Shown one piece after another: positions 54,499-64,000 of a DNA stretch of 64,000 nucleotides. The notes beneath the pieces were generated by a model that was not told the origin of the DNA, searched no databases, and was given only the letters and a program-made list of their open reading frames with translations. The stretch is from a bacterium UBP2_UBA5202 (GTDB lineage Bacteria; Edwardsbacteria; AC1; EtOH8), in the NCBI GenBank assembly GCA_002412795.1, contig DHVS01000038.1, positions 4 to 64,003 on the forward strand, read 5' to 3'. Each line of letters opens with the position of its first letter. Positions within the stretch are counted from its first letter, which is position 1. The position numbers were made by a program, and so were the translations under genes.

Positions 54499-55752
54499 AT
54501 GACCAACAACGCCCGGGCTTACGACGTACTTAAAATAGCCGACTTCCGGAAATTCCTGTTCGGACGCTTCTTCGTGGTCGTCTCCATCCAGATGGTGTCG
54601 GTGATAGTGGGCTGGCAGATCTACGAGCTGACCCGCGACCCGCTGGCCCTGGGGCTGATCGGTTTGGCAGAGGCCCTGGCCTTCTTTTCGGCGGCCCTGT
54701 TCGGAGGGCATTACGCCGACAGCCACGACCGCCAGCGGACCATGGCCGTGACCTCGGCCCTGCTGACCCTGTGCGCCGGGACACTACTGTGGCTTTCCTG
54801 GCGCTGCGGGGTCCTTCTTACCAGAACAACCCTTCCGATCTACGGCGTGATAGCCCTGATGGGTTTGATCCGGGCCTACCTGGCGCCTTCCACCATGGCC
54901 CTGTCGGCCCAGATAGTCCCCCGCGAGCTGTACGCCAGGATGTCGGCCTACAACAGCCTGGTGTTTCAGATCGGAGCGGTGGGCGGTCCGGCGGTGGCGG
55001 GGCTGATCTACGGTTTTTTCGGGGTACGGGCAGCCTATGCCACCGCCCTGGCCATGGGGATCATCGGCTCGGCCGCGGTGTTCCTGATAAAGTCACAGGG
55101 GGTGCCCCGTCGTAACCTGGAGGAACCGGTGATGACCAGCCTGGCCAGCGGGGTGAAGTTCGTGTTCGGAAATCCCATAGTTCTGCCGGCCATGAGCCTG
55201 GACATGTTCGCGGTGCTGTTCGGCGGCGCCACCGCCATGCTGCCGATGGTGGCCGACACCATTTTGCACGTCGGGCCCAAGGGGCTGGGCTTCCTGCGAG
55301 CGGCCCCGGCCGCCGGGGCGGCGATCATGGCCTTAACCCTGGCCCACCGGCCCCCGCTGCATAATGCGGGGAAGAAACTGCTGTGGGTGGTGGCTGGCTT
55401 CGGGGCCTGCATGATGATCTTCGCCCTGTCCCGCAATTTCTGGCTGTCGATGGCGGCCCTGGCCCTCTCCGGAGCGGTGGACAACATCAGCGTGGTGATC
55501 CGCCAGACCATCGTCCAGCTTTACACCCCGGACCAGATGCGGGGGCGGGTGTCGGCGGTCAACAGCGTATTCATCGGCTCCGCCAACGAGATCGGAGCCT
55601 TCGAGTCCGGGGTGGTGGCCAAGCTGATGGGCCTGGTGCCTTCGCTGGTGTTCAACAGCGGGATGACCTTTATCACCGCTGGTGCGGTGGCTTGGGCCGC
55701 GCCCAAGCTGAGGAGGCTGGACCTGAGTCAGCACATGGAACAGAAAGAATAA
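54499..55752 (+). CDS. MFS transporter
   Basis: 12-TM hydrophobic profile and MFS signature loops. Confidence 0.8.
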   Translation: MTNNARAYDVLKIADFRKFLFGRFFVVVSIQMVSVIVGWQIYELTRDPLALGLIGLAEALAFFSAALFGGHYADSHDRQRTMAVTSALLTLCAGTLLWLSWRCGVLLTRTTLPIYGVIALMGLIRAYLAPSTMALSAQIVPRELYARMSAYNSLVFQIGAVGGPAVAGLIYGFFGVRAAYATALAMGIIGSAAVFLIKSQGVPRRNLEEPVMTSLASGVKFVFGNPIVLPAMSLDMFAVLFGGATAMLPMVADTILHVGPKGLGFLRAAPAAGAAIMALTLAHRPPLHNAGKKLLWVVAGFGACMMIFALSRNFWLSMAALALSGAVDNISVVIRQTIVQLYTPDQMRGRVSAVNSVFIGSANEIGAFESGVVAKLMGLVPSLVFNSGMTFITAGAVAWAAPKLRRLDLSQHMEQKE

Positions 55753-55816
55753 TTCTGCCACGGAGCGTGGCACGGAGACACAGAGATTAACTGCTATTAA
55801 AGAAGCAAGAAAATAT

Positions 55817-56491
55817 TTGATGAAAAAAAGAATAGCCATATTGATAATATTTCCTTTTCTAATATTCTCAGTCATTTTTTCTTTTGCAGAGGATAAAGGA
55901 ATGGTTAAAGGAATGGTGGCCGACAATAATACACTTGAACCAATTCAGGGTGTACGTGTTGGTATTTTAGGCACAACAGTATATAATATAACTGATAAAA
56001 ATGGCAACTTTACAATAAAAAATATTTCTTTAGGCGCCTGGTCAGTTCAGGCACAAAAAAGTGGTTATGAAGCAGAAAGCTTATCAATTGATACAAACAG
56101 GCTCTCATACATTTCAGGAAAAATCAACAGAAGGGATACAACTAATAAGCGAATTAATATTTACATAAAAAGCCTGGTTTTTCGTGGAAGAAAACATGTA
56201 AACAAATATGACTATGGTGGCACCATAAAAGGCACAGTTAGAGATAGAGATACTTATGAACGTATTGACGGGGCTAATTTATACATTTTGGGTACCAGCA
56301 TAAAGACCACCACAAAAAATGGGGAATGTATTCTAAAAAATATGCCGACAGGTACATATTCTATAAAGGTGAAGAACGATAAATATGAATCTCAGACAAA
56401 AGCTAGTGTGAAATCAGTAATTGGTGTTGATACTGAATGCAATTTTAAAATACGGAAGATGGATAAAATCAAATATATACCGAGTTATTAA
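55817..56491 (+). CDS. AT-rich secreted protein with two carboxypeptidase-regulatory-like (CarbopepD_reg) domains
   Basis: Signal peptide, then a twice-repeated G.V.D..T..P..GA.V.ILGT motif. Confidence 0.45.
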   Translation: MMKKRIAILIIFPFLIFSVIFSFAEDKGMVKGMVADNNTLEPIQGVRVGILGTTVYNITDKNGNFTIKNISLGAWSVQAQKSGYEAESLSIDTNRLSYISGKINRRDTTNKRINIYIKSLVFRGRKHVNKYDYGGTIKGTVRDRDTYERIDGANLYILGTSIKTTTKNGECILKNMPTGTYSIKVKNDKYESQTKASVKSVIGVDTECNFKIRKMDKIKYIPSY

Positions 56492-56535
56492 AGCCGAAAA
56501 AGAAACAATTAAGTTCTAGGAGTAAAAAAAAAGCA

Positions 56536-57285
<750 letters not shown>

Positions 57286-57358
57286 GGATCATTGCGGTAC
57301 ATAAGGAGGGCCCTGGCTTGGGAATCTCAGTATGTTATGCGGAAGCATTTGTGATCTG

Positions 57359-58549
57359 ATGAACTTTGGACGAACCAAACATATCATTCTTGTCCTGGCC
57401 TTGCTTTGGTCCGGCTTCTTTTCTCCGGCCTTAAGCCAGGAGACGGACTCCCAGGAGGGCCAGCTCAAGGCCATCCGCCAGAAGCTGGCCCAGGCAAGGG
57501 AACGGGCCCAGGAACTGAAGGGCCAGGAGAAGAACCTCCTGGGCCAGATGGAACGGATGGCCGAACAGATCAACCTGACCCGCCAGGTGCTGAACGCCCT
57601 CAGGGAAAAGGAGGCCCGGCTCAATTCCGAGGTCAGGAAGCTGGACGGCCAGATGCTGAAGGCCGAATCCCAGATGAGCAGGCGCCAGGCCCTGATGGAG
57701 ACCCGGATCCGGCAGATGTACAAGCAGGGCCGGCTGTACGAATGGGAGGTGCTGGTAACCCGGGACAGTTTCACCGACATCATCAAACGCTACAAGTATC
57801 TCAGGCTCTTTTCCCTTCAGGACCGCAGGCTTTACGAGACCATCAAGGAAGAACGGACCCAGATATCCCGGGACAAGGCCGACCGCCAGGAACGGCTGAT
57901 CACCCTGGCCCAGGTGCGGGGCGAGACCGAACTGGAGATGGTGAACCTGAAGGCTGACGAACAGCAGCAGAAAAAACTATTGGACAGGGTCCGCCAGGAG
58001 AAGGCCTCCAAGGAAGCGCTGGTGAAAGAGCTGGCGGCGGCCGCCAAAAAACTTCAGAACCTGATAGACGACCTGGAGCGGCAGCGTAAGGCCGAGCTGC
58101 AGAAACGCCGGAAGACGGTTCCTGCCCCCGGCACCACCGTGTTGGAGCGCAAGCAGGGCGGCTTGTTATGGCCGGCCGAGGGGAAACTATACTCCACTTT
58201 CGGGCTTAAGAAGCACTCCAAGTACAACACCTACATCCAGAACAACGGCATTGACATCTATTCCTCCTACGGCTCAACGGTGGTGGCGGTGGCCCCGGGC
58301 AAGGTGGTCTACGCCGAGCGGTTCCTGGGTTACGGCAACGTCATCCTGATAGACCACGACGGGGGATACTACACCCTTTACGGTAACCTGACCGACATGA
58401 TGGTCTTCACCGGCTCGTCGGTGGCCGAGGGCCAGGTGATCGCCAGGGTGGGGGGCAACGTGGACGGGCCGATCATGCATTTTGAGGTGCGAAACGGCGG
58501 CAAGCCGGTGGACCCGGTCCAATGGCTTAAAAGAAAAAAGGGGAACTAA
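57359..58549 (+). CDS. M23 family peptidase with an N-terminal coiled-coil (EnvC/NlpD-like murein hydrolase activator)
   Basis: Signal peptide, long coiled-coil, and a C-terminal M23 domain (GIDI...HFEVR). An alternative start lies at 57332. Confidence 0.8.
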   Translation: MNFGRTKHIILVLALLWSGFFSPALSQETDSQEGQLKAIRQKLAQARERAQELKGQEKNLLGQMERMAEQINLTRQVLNALREKEARLNSEVRKLDGQMLKAESQMSRRQALMETRIRQMYKQGRLYEWEVLVTRDSFTDIIKRYKYLRLFSLQDRRLYETIKEERTQISRDKADRQERLITLAQVRGETELEMVNLKADEQQQKKLLDRVRQEKASKEALVKELAAAAKKLQNLIDDLERQRKAELQKRRKTVPAPGTTVLERKQGGLLWPAEGKLYSTFGLKKHSKYNTYIQNNGIDIYSSYGSTVVAVAPGKVVYAERFLGYGNVILIDHDGGYYTLYGNLTDMMVFTGSSVAEGQVIARVGGNVDGPIMHFEVRNGGKPVDPVQWLKRKKGN

Positions 58550-59012
58550 GTGGGCAAGTGCCGGAAATGCGGGTTTGAGAACCAGGGTAACATGGAATTT
58601 AGCGGCGATTTCAGGAACCGGCTCGAGCAGTCTGGAGGCTCTCTGACGGCTATGACAGTTTAGGGCCTTCCGCCTGCCGGCTGTGACCGAGATACTTTTG
58701 GGCGAAAGAGGTCCGGCCGAAGAGCCCTCTCCAAAAAATCGGCCGAGCTGATCTGCAGGTTCTGCGGCCAGCTGGATGAAGAGATGCAGGCCAATTACAG
58801 GGCCAAAGCGGATATCAGCGAGATTCTGGATTTTTGAAAGCAGCTGGGAACATAAATGCTGAAGGACCAGTCCGATAAAGAACCCTGTTCCATGGTTTTC
58901 TGGTGGTAAAAATAGGAAAAGTTTTTGTCAAAGTCCGCTGCCCGGAAGGTCATAGATATGGGAAGGATGCTTTAAAAAATAACCCAAAAATGAAATCAAC
59001 GGGATCACCGTC

Positions 59013-60383
59013 ATGAATTACGAAGAAAACCGGGCCGGGGAATTAGAAGAGGCCTTTAAAATTGCCGATCAGCTCAACACCCTTAACTGGGTGGACCTGG
59101 CGGTGGAAGTTTTGACCAGGGCCAAATGCTTTGCCGGCGACCAGGAGCAGGAGGCCTCTTTGTTCTCCAAGCTTGGGGAATACTACATCAAGAAGGGCAG
59201 TTATGAGCTGGCGGTCATCCAGCTGGAGAACGCCATGGGGAGGCTGTGGCAGCGTCCTGAGTCGCTGGAGTTGTTTTATGTTTACCGCAACATTGCCTGG
59301 ACCTTTTGGCGGCAGGGATATCTGGACCGGGCGGACAGCTACACCGAAGGGGCCAAAGCGGTCATTGAGGCCAGGGGACAGCACCAGGACAACGACACCA
59401 ACAAGGCCCGGGCCTGTCTCTTTCATCTTCAAGCCCTGTTGGCCGGGGCCAGGGGGGACAACCAGACGGCGGTAGAGTATTACAAAAAAGAAACAGAGAT
59501 ACTGGAACTCTACAACTTTAGCGATAAGCTGGCGGCGGTCTACGGTAACCTGTGCGGGATATACCGCACCACCGGAAATTATTCCCAGGCCATAGAATAC
59601 CAGGTTAAATCCATAGAGATCGCGGAAAAGCAGGGGGACCTGCTGACGGTAGGCATCGGCTGCAACAACCTGGGGGAGATCTACCAGAACCTGGGGAATT
59701 TCCAAAAAGCGGAATTATATTTCAACCGGTATCTGGAGATCAACAGCCGCATTGACAACCCCCTGGGGGATTCCTTTGCCTTGGCCGGCATGGCCCGCCT
59801 GCACACCGAATGGAAAGACTATACCCGGGCCGAAGCCCTGTACCGGAGAGCCCTGGTGAGAGCCATGGCCATAAAAAGCAAAGTCCGGGAATCCGGCATC
59901 CTGGCCAACCTGGCCCTGCTTTACCTTGCGTCGGGCAATACCGACCAGGCCCTGCAACAGGCGGATAAGGCCATAGAGATATGCCAACAGACCGGACGGC
60001 TCATCCCCCAAAGGTACCAGATCATCAGGGCCTGGATCTTATATAAGATGGCGGAGCAGGAGCCGGAAAGGAAGGATGACGCTTTTTTCCTTTTGGAACA
60101 GACCGTCTCCCAGCCGATAATCACTGATGATGAACAGGACCTGTCTTCCCAGGAAATAGCCCTGGAAGCCTATACCCTGCTGGCCAGGATAGGTTTGGAT
60201 AAAAACGATATCGTTCTGACAAAGGAATATTTGAAAAAGGCCAGGTTCTTCATAGACCAGCTGATGCAGAATATCCCGGCCGAACTGCAGACCACCTTCC
60301 TGTCAAAATCACTTATTAAGCACATCAGTGAGATGGAAGAAAAAGTAAAGGAACTTTCCGGCCCGGATACGGTTCCAACCTAA
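59013..60383 (+). CDS. Tetratricopeptide repeat protein
   Basis: Multiple TPR-like helical repeats. Confidence 0.65.
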   Translation: MNYEENRAGELEEAFKIADQLNTLNWVDLAVEVLTRAKCFAGDQEQEASLFSKLGEYYIKKGSYELAVIQLENAMGRLWQRPESLELFYVYRNIAWTFWRQGYLDRADSYTEGAKAVIEARGQHQDNDTNKARACLFHLQALLAGARGDNQTAVEYYKKETEILELYNFSDKLAAVYGNLCGIYRTTGNYSQAIEYQVKSIEIAEKQGDLLTVGIGCNNLGEIYQNLGNFQKAELYFNRYLEINSRIDNPLGDSFALAGMARLHTEWKDYTRAEALYRRALVRAMAIKSKVRESGILANLALLYLASGNTDQALQQADKAIEICQQTGRLIPQRYQIIRAWILYKMAEQEPERKDDAFFLLEQTVSQPIITDDEQDLSSQEIALEAYTLLARIGLDKNDIVLTKEYLKKARFFIDQLMQNIPAELQTTFLSKSLIKHISEMEEKVKELSGPDTVPT

Positions 60384-60439
60384 TCTGGCAAAACGATCCG
60401 GTAATCCGGCAAGGGAAATAACCGAACTGGTATAATAGA

Positions 60440-60500
60440 AAGCCCCCCGCCACACTTAGACCAAGCTTAGTGTCCGGCAGGGGGGCTTTATTGTTTCCAG
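60440..60500. terminator. Bidirectional terminator hairpin between the TPR and leuD genes
   Basis: aagccccccgcc ... ggcaggggggctt stem followed by tattgtttcc. Confidence 0.6.
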
Positions 60501-60585
60501 GAAAAAGGAGCGGTTTTCGTTTGTTTCGTGTCCTTTCGTGCCTGCGCGCTGAAGCGCTTTGGCGCGCAAGCGTGGGAAGGGTATC

Positions 60586-61080
60586 CTATTTCTTTCCATC
60601 CATGATCATCTTCTTGGTATAAGGTATCAGCCCTCCGGCGTCGATGATGGCCTGGCGGGCCTGGGGCAAGGGCACGATGTCAAAGCTCTTGCCGGTGGTC
60701 TTGTTCACTACTTTGTTGTTCTCGATCGCCAGTTCGTCGCCTTCGCTGGCCTCGATATTGGGGCAGATCACCATGTACAGTCCGACATTGATGGAGTTTT
60801 GCAAAAATATCCGGGAAAAATTCTTGGCTATCACCTTCAATCCCCAGCCCACCAGGCAGGAGGCGGCCTGTTCCCGTGAGGATCCGCAGCCGAAGTTCTT
60901 GTCGGCCACGATAAAACTGCCGGGCTCGATCTGCTTGGCCTTGAGTTTTTTGTTGAACTCGGCATCGTCCACGAAGGCGAACTGGGGGGTCTCGGTGGGG
61001 AGTACCGTGGCCATGAAGCGGCCGGGATAGATGATATCGGTGGAGATATCGGCGCCCAATTTCAATACGACTTTACCCAT
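60586..61080 (-). CDS. leuD: 3-isopropylmalate (or homo/methylmalate) dehydratase small subunit, archaeal-type short LeuD
   Basis: Aconitase swivel-domain motif GSSREQA in a 164-aa protein, immediately downstream of leuC. Confidence 0.85.
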   Translation of the reverse strand: MGKVVLKLGADISTDIIYPGRFMATVLPTETPQFAFVDDAEFNKKLKAKQIEPGSFIVADKNFGCGSSREQAASCLVGWGLKVIAKNFSRIFLQNSINVGLYMVICPNIEASEGDELAIENNKVVNKTTGKSFDIVPLPQARQAIIDAGGLIPYTKKMIMDGKK

Positions 61081-61082
61081 TT

Positions 61083-62471
61083 TTATTTCCTCCCTTTCTT
61101 GGCCGGCTTCTTCACTATCTTTGTTTTCGTTTTCTGCTTTTTGACTTTCGGCTTAACAGCCTTGCTTTTGGCCTTCGGCGCCGGGCTCACCGTGCGGGGG
61201 TCGGTGATCTCTCCCGTTATGGCCGAAGCCGCGGCGGTGGCCGCCGAGCACAGGTAGACCTCGGCGTTGGGGTTGCCCATCCGTCCCTTGAAATTCCGGT
61301 TGGTGGTGGCCAAAGCCTTGTCGCCGTCGGCCAAGGCGCCCTGGTGCACGCCCAGGCAGGGGCCGCAGCCGGAATTCATCACCACCGCGCCGGCCTGCAT
61401 GAAGGTTGCCACGTAGCCTTTCTTCAGGGCCTGCTGATAGATCCTGGTGGAAGCCGGGAACACCAGCATCCGGACGCTGCGGGCCACTTTCTTGCCCTTG
61501 AGGATGGAAGCCGCGATGGCCAGGTCGTCCAGCCGGCCGTTGGTGCAGGAGCCGATAACTATCTGCTGGATCTTGATGCCGCGGGCGGCGCCCACCGGCT
61601 TGACGTTGTCCACGGTGTGGGGGAAGGCGATCTGGGGCTCCAGCTTGGAGGCGTCGATCTCCACAACCTGTTCGTAGGCCGCATCTGGATCCGGCCCGAA
61701 CAATTCGGGGATATTCCTGACCCCGGCTTCCTGCTTAAGGTAGCGGACGGTCTCCGCATCCGGCGGGACGATGCCGCCGGTGGCCCCGGCCTCCACCGTC
61801 ATGTTACAGAGCACCAGGCGGCCGGAGGTGGACATCTTCTTGATGGTCTCGCCGTGGAACTCGATCACCTTGAAATTGGCGCCCTCGGCGGACAGCTTGC
61901 CGATCAGGTTCAGGATTATGTCCTTGGGCTCGACGTATTTCGGAAGCACCCCGTTGACCACCACCTTGATGGTCCCCGGCACTTCCACGTTCAGGATCTT
62001 TCCCAGGGCCCAGACCGCGGCCATTTCGGTGGCCCCGATGCCGAAGGAGAAGGCGCCCAAGGCCCCGTGGCTGGTGGTGTGGCTGTCGGTGCCCACCAGG
62101 ACCGAACCCGGCAGGACGTAGCCGTTCTCCGGCAGTATCTGGTGGCAGATCCCGCCCTCGTCGCCACGGATGTCGTGGAACTTGGTGATGCCCTGCTTGG
62201 CCACGAACTCGCGGATCTTCTTCTGGTTCCCGGCGGTCTTGGAGCTCTCGGCCGGCACCCGGTGGTCAAAGATGATGGCGATGCGGGACGGGTCCCACAC
62301 TTTGGCCTCAATCCCGGTGCCCTGGTAGATGTCCGAGAACTGGTTGATCACCAGCGCGCCGTTCTCGTGGGACATGGCCAGGCTGACCTTGGGCTCGACC
62401 ACGTCGTTCACTTTGACTGATGCCTGGCCGGTGGCTTTGGCCAGGATCTTTTGGACCATTGTCATTCCCAT
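61083..62471 (-). CDS. leuC: 3-isopropylmalate dehydratase large subunit (aconitase family) with a Lys-rich C-terminal tail of about 40 aa
   Basis: Aconitase catalytic-domain motifs (CNMTVEAGA, SCTNGR) and a C-terminal KAKSKAVKPKVKKQKTKTKIVKKPAKKGRK tail. Confidence 0.85.
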   Translation of the reverse strand: MGMTMVQKILAKATGQASVKVNDVVEPKVSLAMSHENGALVINQFSDIYQGTGIEAKVWDPSRIAIIFDHRVPAESSKTAGNQKKIREFVAKQGITKFHDIRGDEGGICHQILPENGYVLPGSVLVGTDSHTTSHGALGAFSFGIGATEMAAVWALGKILNVEVPGTIKVVVNGVLPKYVEPKDIILNLIGKLSAEGANFKVIEFHGETIKKMSTSGRLVLCNMTVEAGATGGIVPPDAETVRYLKQEAGVRNIPELFGPDPDAAYEQVVEIDASKLEPQIAFPHTVDNVKPVGAARGIKIQQIVIGSCTNGRLDDLAIAASILKGKKVARSVRMLVFPASTRIYQQALKKGYVATFMQAGAVVMNSGCGPCLGVHQGALADGDKALATTNRNFKGRMGNPNAEVYLCSAATAAASAITGEITDPRTVSPAPKAKSKAVKPKVKKQKTKTKIVKKPAKKGRK

Positions 62472-62599
62472 TCGGGCTCTCCTTATATTACCGTTTATGA
62501 TGTAAAGCTTCTCATCCGCAGATTAACGCAGATATTTCAATAATCATATGTGTCTCGGTGTCACTTCGATAAGCTCGGTGCAACTCTCTGCGGCCAATC

Positions 62600-63235
62600 T
62601 TAGATCTCCCTGGCCGGGGTCAGCACCTGCTCAAAGTAAAACTTGATGGCGCTCATGGCCTGGTTCCTATAACTCCCGGACACGCCCTTCTCGCCGCTCA
62701 GGTATTCCAGGTAAGCCTTGATCTCCGCCGGACCCAGTTCCTGGGGCGGCCGGTGCCCAGTATGGGCCAGCAGCAAATTAAAATGAGACACATAGACCCG
62801 GATGGTGGCCTCGCTGTAATTGCGCTGGCGGAGCTGTTCCAGGTACTCCGGCGGCAGGGCCGGGCTTTGGGACGATGAACGCCTTCTTTTTCTCCCGTCC
62901 GTCCGGGGCCCGTCAGCGCTCCGTCTGGCCCGCCGGCCGGGCGGGGGAGAGTCGCTTACTTCGGCCAGGCCGTCCAGCTTGGCTTGCAGGAAGGCCAGCC
63001 AGTTATCCCGCCAGGGCATCAGGCCCTCATGGGATCCGGCCCGCCAGTGCAGGCTGGGCAGCCTCTTTTTGATCTCGGCTAACGAGATCTCATCAGCGAT
63101 GTCCAGCTTGATCCATTTCCGGCCCAGATGGGTGATGGGTTCGCAGTAGATGGTCATCCGGCCAGCCGCTTGCTCTGGTTGGGTTCCGGGGATGTCGTGA
63201 GTTCCGTCGTTCATTATATTCTTCGTATCCGTCAT
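62600..63235 (-). CDS. Protein with a C-terminal phage-integrase N-terminal SAM-like (core-binding) domain only and an Arg/Ser-rich linker
   Basis: The C-terminus YSEATIRVYVSHFNLLL...IKAYLEYL...YRNQAMSAIKFYFEQV resembles the XerC/D N-terminal domain. There is no catalytic domain downstream. Confidence 0.45.
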   Translation of the reverse strand: MTDTKNIMNDGTHDIPGTQPEQAAGRMTIYCEPITHLGRKWIKLDIADEISLAEIKKRLPSLHWRAGSHEGLMPWRDNWLAFLQAKLDGLAEVSDSPPPGRRARRSADGPRTDGRKRRRSSSQSPALPPEYLEQLRQRNYSEATIRVYVSHFNLLLAHTGHRPPQELGPAEIKAYLEYLSGEKGVSGSYRNQAMSAIKFYFEQVLTPAREI

Positions 63236-63238
63236 TAA

Positions 63239-64000
63239 TTAAATTGCCGCTTTTTCCTTCATGGCCTTGATCTCTTCCGCGGTGTAGCCCAGCTGGGTCA
63301 GGATCTCCTGCTGGTGCTGGCCCAGGGTCGGGGGCGGGGCGTCAATGCTGGCCGGGGTGGCCGAGAACTTGGCCGACAGGTTGAACAGCTTCAGCTCGCC
63401 CAGGTCCGGGTCCCTGATGGTCTCGATGGTCTTGCGGTACTTCACCTGCTCGGCATTGAGCGCCTTTTCCAAGCTGTAAATGTCGCCCGAGGGGACGCCC
63501 TTGGCGTTGAGAACCTCGACCCAGTGCTCGGTGGTCTGGGTTTTCAATTTTTCCTCCAGCAGCGGGGTCAGCAGTTTTCGGTTCTTCTTGCGGGTGTCCC
63601 GCTCCTGGAAACGGGGATCGGTCAAGAGTTCCGGCACGCCCAGCACGGTGGCCAGATCCTCCCACTGCTTCTGCTGGTTGGCCGCGATGTTGATGTAGCC
63701 GTCCTTGGTGACGAAAGTGCCCGAGGGGGCTGCGGTGAAGTTGTCGTTGCCCATCACCACCGGCTGCTGCCCGCCGATCAACAGATTGGCGGCCACCCAG
63801 CCCATCAGCGGCATGATGGAATCCAATAATGCGATGTCTATGAACTGGCCCTCGCCGGTCTTCTCCCGGTAATACAGGGCGGCCATGATGGCGAAGGCGG
63901 CGTTAAGCCCGCCCACCGTGTCGCAGACCGGGAAGCCGGCCCGCAAGGGGTGCAGGCGCTCGTCGCCGTTGACGTCCATCTCGCCTGACAGGCCCTGGAT
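63239..64000 (-). CDS. CoA-transferase family III (CaiB/BaiF/Frc-like) protein, partial; the N-terminus lies beyond the window end
   Basis: The C-terminal two-thirds of family III CoA-transferases (...GQFIDIALLDS..., active-site Asp region). The open reading frame continues past 64000. Confidence 0.75.
   Translation of the reverse strand: MQGLSGEMDVNGDERLHPLRAGFPVCDTVGGLNAAFAIMAALYYREKTGEGQFIDIALLDSIMPLMGWVAANLLIGGQQPVVMGNDNFTAAPSGTFVTKDGYINIAANQQKQWEDLATVLGVPELLTDPRFQERDTRKKNRKLLTPLLEEKLKTQTTEHWVEVLNAKGVPSGDIYSLEKALNAEQVKYRKTIETIRDPDLGELKLFNLSAKFSATPASIDAPPPTLGQHQQEILTQLGYTAEEIKAMKEKAAI

Noticed and set aside
61344-62420. 358-aa plus-strand ORF
   Set aside because: It is antisense to leuC.
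62600-63235. Calling this an intact tyrosine recombinase (XerC/D)
   Set aside because: Only the N-terminal core-binding domain is present. No R-H-R-Y catalytic domain is encoded.

Overview
This 64 kb window is roughly 60% GC and comes from a Gram-negative, LPS-making bacterium. Evidence for that lineage is lpxA, a fused lpxC-fabZ, scpA, leuCD and an M23 peptidase. The high-GC backbone is interrupted by several short AT-rich inserts. Five groups of genes stand out. (1) Stress and repair genes at 1-14.3 kb: RadC, an AlkD-like glycosylase, a Trp-variant alkyltransferase-like protein (ATL), a ChlI-like AAA+ ATPase with a vWA partner, and an NfeD/SPFH pair. (2) An lpxC-fabZ ... lpxA lipid A locus split by an AT-rich NUDIX plus zinc-ribbon insert that carries a diverged copy of the lpxA 5' end. 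(3) A ZnuCB-like metal importer followed by a secreted LIM-repeat protein with a DA1-like HExxH domain. (4) The centrepiece at about 23-44 kb: a dispersed Hyf/Hyc-type group-4 [NiFe] hydrogenase (formate hydrogenlyase-like) supercluster. It contains AsrA/AsrB-like (sulfhydrogenase beta/gamma-like) subunits, a HycI-type protease, three antiporter-like membrane subunits, a NuoCD-fused large subunit with intact NiFe motifs, HycD/F/G and a Cys-type FdhF. This supercluster is unusually interrupted by small cassettes bounded by inverted repeats: three four-helix-bundle (IVS/Avd-like) genes, a GxxExxY gene, and a nucleotidyltransferase/HEPN pair. It also holds two orphan solute-binding proteins, a cNMP-binding protein, a 21-bp tandem repeat array and recurring short sequence motifs in the intra-operon gaps. 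(5) Archaeal-type gatE-gatD, a GAF-HD-GYP plus CHASE2 cyclase pair, an MFS transporter, leuCD with a lysine-rich LeuC tail, and a partial CoA-transferase at the window edge. No rRNA, tRNA or CRISPR genes were recognised. Many long antisense ORFs in the ORF track are artefacts of the high GC content.
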